Shown piece after piece: positions 61,512 to 64,000 of a stretch of DNA of 64,000 nt (within the stretch, counting starts at the first letter, position 1; every line of letters begins with the position of its first letter). The notes beneath the pieces are model-generated. The model was not told where the DNA came from, searched no databases, and saw only the letters and a program-made list of their open reading frames with translations. A program made the translations under genes and the position numbers. The stretch is from positions 160,001-224,000 of the forward strand of contig CAXXFV010000029.1 of assembly GCA_963674595.2 (NCBI GenBank). The letters are read 5' to 3'. The DNA comes from a bacterium (GTDB taxonomy: Bacteria > Zhuqueibacterota > Zhuqueibacteria > Residuimicrobiales > Krinioviventaceae).

Positions 61512-61703
61512 AACATTTTTCAAAAACAGCTTGCCTGGATTTTTTATAATTTGTATAATTCATTTGTCAGCAAAAGGGACCGTTATTCAGGATGATATGG
61601 GTGTTCCTGGATTGCCTCTTACTGATTTATAATTTCATCTTAAAAAACGGGTTTTAACAACACACACGAGGAAGAGATTTCGCCGGTTATCAAATTATAT
61701 TCC
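61512..61703 (+). promoter_or_regulatory. Promoter plus structured leader, copy B
   Basis: TTGCCT-17 nt-TATAAT, then stem TCAGCAAAAGG...CCTCTTACTGA and ACAACACACACGAGGAAGAG. Confidence 0.65.
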
Positions 61704-61915
61704 TGTGGTCTCACTTGTAAATGATTAGGCTGGATGCGTTAAGTATCCCGGTTACCAGTTCTGTTTTGCAGCAGGATAATTTTATTCCTTGTAAAAAACA
61801 GATATGTTCCCATATGGAAATATAGAATTTGCCGGTAAAAATTAACAATATTGGTTTTATAATAATTGAGTGCTATGCTAAACAAATAATTGAATTCACA
61901 GGGAGATTTAAGACG

Positions 61916-62932
61916 ATGAAACAGACATGGAAATCCGGCAGCATCACATTATTAATTTTTATTCTATTTTTACTTTCCGGTCCGGCAAATGCTCAACAGG
62001 ATATCGACACAAATAACGATATTGAAAAATGGAAAGGGAAAAAACCGGCTTTAATATTAAAAGAAAATAAAACCAAAGTAATAACCGGAAAAATTATTAA
62101 AGTTGATGAAAACGGAGTGATATTCGATCCAAAAAAGGAAAGTCTGTTTTATAATCCTCCGCAAAAGTTTTACTCATTTGATGAAATTGAAACACTGGTT
62201 GGTAACAATGGTAAATATATTATCAATCAGGGTAAACGAATTGGTGAAAATTACGAGTCGGCGCAACAGGCCAGGAGACCGACCCAAAGAAGTAAAAGTA
62301 GTAAAAGTAGAAGTAAAAAATCTTTTTCTCATAAATTCAGGTTTAATGCAGAATATGGATATAGCTCGCTCAGAATAAAACCGGAAGACAATATTGATCC
62401 CATTTTCAAGGATTATGTAAATGAATTAAAATCAGGCAGCAATTTTAGTATGGATGTCTGTTGTTTTGTTTCTTACTATTATGGAGTTGGACTTGTATAC
62501 TCAAATTTTTCAACATCCGGTTTTATTGACGGAATTTATGCGGTGGATATTACCACAGGCAGAGAGTTAGGTCCCGGTAGGATTGAAGACAACATAACAG
62601 TATCTTTTATTGGTCCAGCTTTTTTTGAAAGAAAAGCGTTAATTCCGCAAAAATTACTGCTTATTTCCAATATAGCTATTGGCCGTATATCCTATGTTAA
62701 TGACGGCACGATTATAACGGAACCGGTTACAATAAAGGGAAATACTATCGGTTTTAGTGGGGCAATCGGATTAGATTTTTTTATAGCTAAAGATTTTGCA
62801 ATTGGTATAGATTTTTCATACCTGATTGGAAAAATCGGCAAATACAAAATTAACAATCAAACCGTCGATCTTGAAGAAGATGAAAGTATGAATCGCTGGG
62901 ATTTTAATATAGGTTTAAAATATTATCTTTAA
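61916..62932 (+). CDS. Outer-membrane beta-barrel domain protein
   Basis: Signal peptide, amphipathic strands and C-terminal FNIGLKYYL; RBS GGGAG. Confidence 0.75.
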   Translation: MKQTWKSGSITLLIFILFLLSGPANAQQDIDTNNDIEKWKGKKPALILKENKTKVITGKIIKVDENGVIFDPKKESLFYNPPQKFYSFDEIETLVGNNGKYIINQGKRIGENYESAQQARRPTQRSKSSKSRSKKSFSHKFRFNAEYGYSSLRIKPEDNIDPIFKDYVNELKSGSNFSMDVCCFVSYYYGVGLVYSNFSTSGFIDGIYAVDITTGRELGPGRIEDNITVSFIGPAFFERKALIPQKLLLISNIAIGRISYVNDGTIITEPVTIKGNTIGFSGAIGLDFFIAKDFAIGIDFSYLIGKIGKYKINNQTVDLEEDESMNRWDFNIGLKYYL

Positions 62933-62968
62933 AATTTCACGAGTATCTTGTAAATTATTATTTTCTAC

Positions 62969-62996
62969 CCGCTCAAGGATTGCTTTCCCTGAGCGG
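62969..62996. terminator. Hairpin, possible terminator
   Basis: CCGCTCAAGGA...TCCCTGAGCGG. Confidence 0.4.
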
Positions 62997-63042
62997 AAAA
63001 CAGGAGTAACTATCCCCTCTTTAATCAGCTTCCAACATTAAT

Positions 63043-63368
63043 ATGACCTTTACCCGGATAAAGAGTGCCGAGTGAAAACGGCCGTATTCTGCTTTACCAT
63101 TAAAGGTATGGAACCTTCGGATATCGGGTATATCCTTTAAAATAATTTCGGTATCGTGGTACGCTCCGGACTGCATGGCGCACCGCTTATCCACAAACAT
63201 ATCGGCACATTTCCGATCGGCTCCGTTCGTGTCAATCCGTCACATCTCACCAGTGATGATGAAATAGAGGCATTTACCGATGCCGTACATTTAAAAAATC
63301 CCGGGGAATACCCGGCTGATATGTTTATTAAAAATATAGAAAAAATCAGGGAGCACAACCAGTCGTAA
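63043..63368 (+). pseudogene. C-terminal remnant of a class V aminotransferase/cysteine desulfurase
   Basis: AVFCFTIKGMEPSDIGYIL*NNFGIVVRSGLHGAPLIH..IGT...GSVR; in-frame TAA, no N-terminus, and Gly where RxGxHC has Cys. Confidence 0.7.
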
Positions 63369-63653
63369 CAGCAGGCGTTACTTGCCGGATTAAATTGTGG
63401 GACCCGGCAAATATACGATTTGATCCAGTAAGTTCACCCGCCAAAACAGGTTACACTAAAAATCATTATGGTTTGCCCCTGTTCAGTAAATATCTCTGGA
63501 AAAATATAATTATTTTCCCTTGTAAAATATACAAAAATGTATAAATTGTGGAATAAAAACAATTTAATACTAATTTAGAATAGAAACCGACAATTTATCC
63601 GAACCTGGTGCGTACAAACCAGAGAGTATAACCTGGGTTACAGGAGACGGCGC

Positions 63654-64000
63654 ATGCCTTTTAAAATCGTATTTTTAGAAAATGATGGTATAGTCCACGT
63701 TACCTATTCCGGGACAGTGACTAAAGACAATCACTATTCGGCGTTAAAAGAAGCACTCGAATTATGCGCAGAAAAAAAATCCACAAAATTGCTTGTTGAT
63801 TTTTCGAAACTGAACGAAGCAAAACTTTCCACTTTGGACGCATTTTCATTAGCTGAACACATCTCAACAATAAAACCAGTCATGCATATCGCCCATGTAT
63901 ACACCAAACAACGCAAATACCACGAAAATATAAAATTTGCATCCAGCGTTGAAACCAATAGAGGCAAGATAACAGGAGAATTTAAAAGCGTTAAAGATGC
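63654..64000 (+). CDS. Hypothetical protein (STAS/SEC14-like), truncated by the window end
   Basis: RBS AGGAG; MPFKIVFLENDGIVHVTYSG...KLLVDFS stays open to the window end. Confidence 0.65.
   Translation, partial: MPFKIVFLENDGIVHVTYSGTVTKDNHYSALKEALELCAEKKSTKLLVDFSKLNEAKLSTLDAFSLAEHISTIKPVMHIAHVYTKQRKYHENIKFASSVETNRGKITGEFKSVKD

Noticed and set aside
1-64000. tRNA, rRNA or known riboswitches
   Set aside because: None recognised by eye; a covariance-model scan would be needed to exclude them

Overview
Bacterial chromosomal segment. The YPNPFN-type T9SS/FlgD C-terminal domains and the gene content suggest an FCB-group lineage such as KSB1 or Calditrichota (inference only). Core genes: an NAD-dependent epimerase (partial), purD, uvrB, a BaiN-family flavoprotein and typA. 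Carbohydrate genes: GHL10, an SSS transporter followed by three small membrane proteins, GntP, two DapA-family lyases, an esterase, GH29, a heparinase II/III-like protein, GH127 and a frameshifted sugar porter. Mobile and defence elements: an MNT-HEPN toxin-antitoxin pair, an intact IS3 element and a RAYT tyrosine transposase with flanking hairpins. Best leads: (1) a non-coding tandem array of six ~280-bp mosaic units (10611-12308) with A-B-C-A-B-C substructure, a solo copy, and cassette-like links to two low-GC orphan genes; (2) a DUF3800 gene facing a ~40-nt structured RNA with its own near-consensus sigma70 promoter; (3) MITE-like internal-deletion derivatives of the RAYT locus; (4) a duplicated promoter plus structured leader RNA (52.3 kb and 61.5 kb); (5) an adjacent dockerin-like / cohesin-like secreted gene pair. 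All calls come from reading the sequence by eye; no searches were run.
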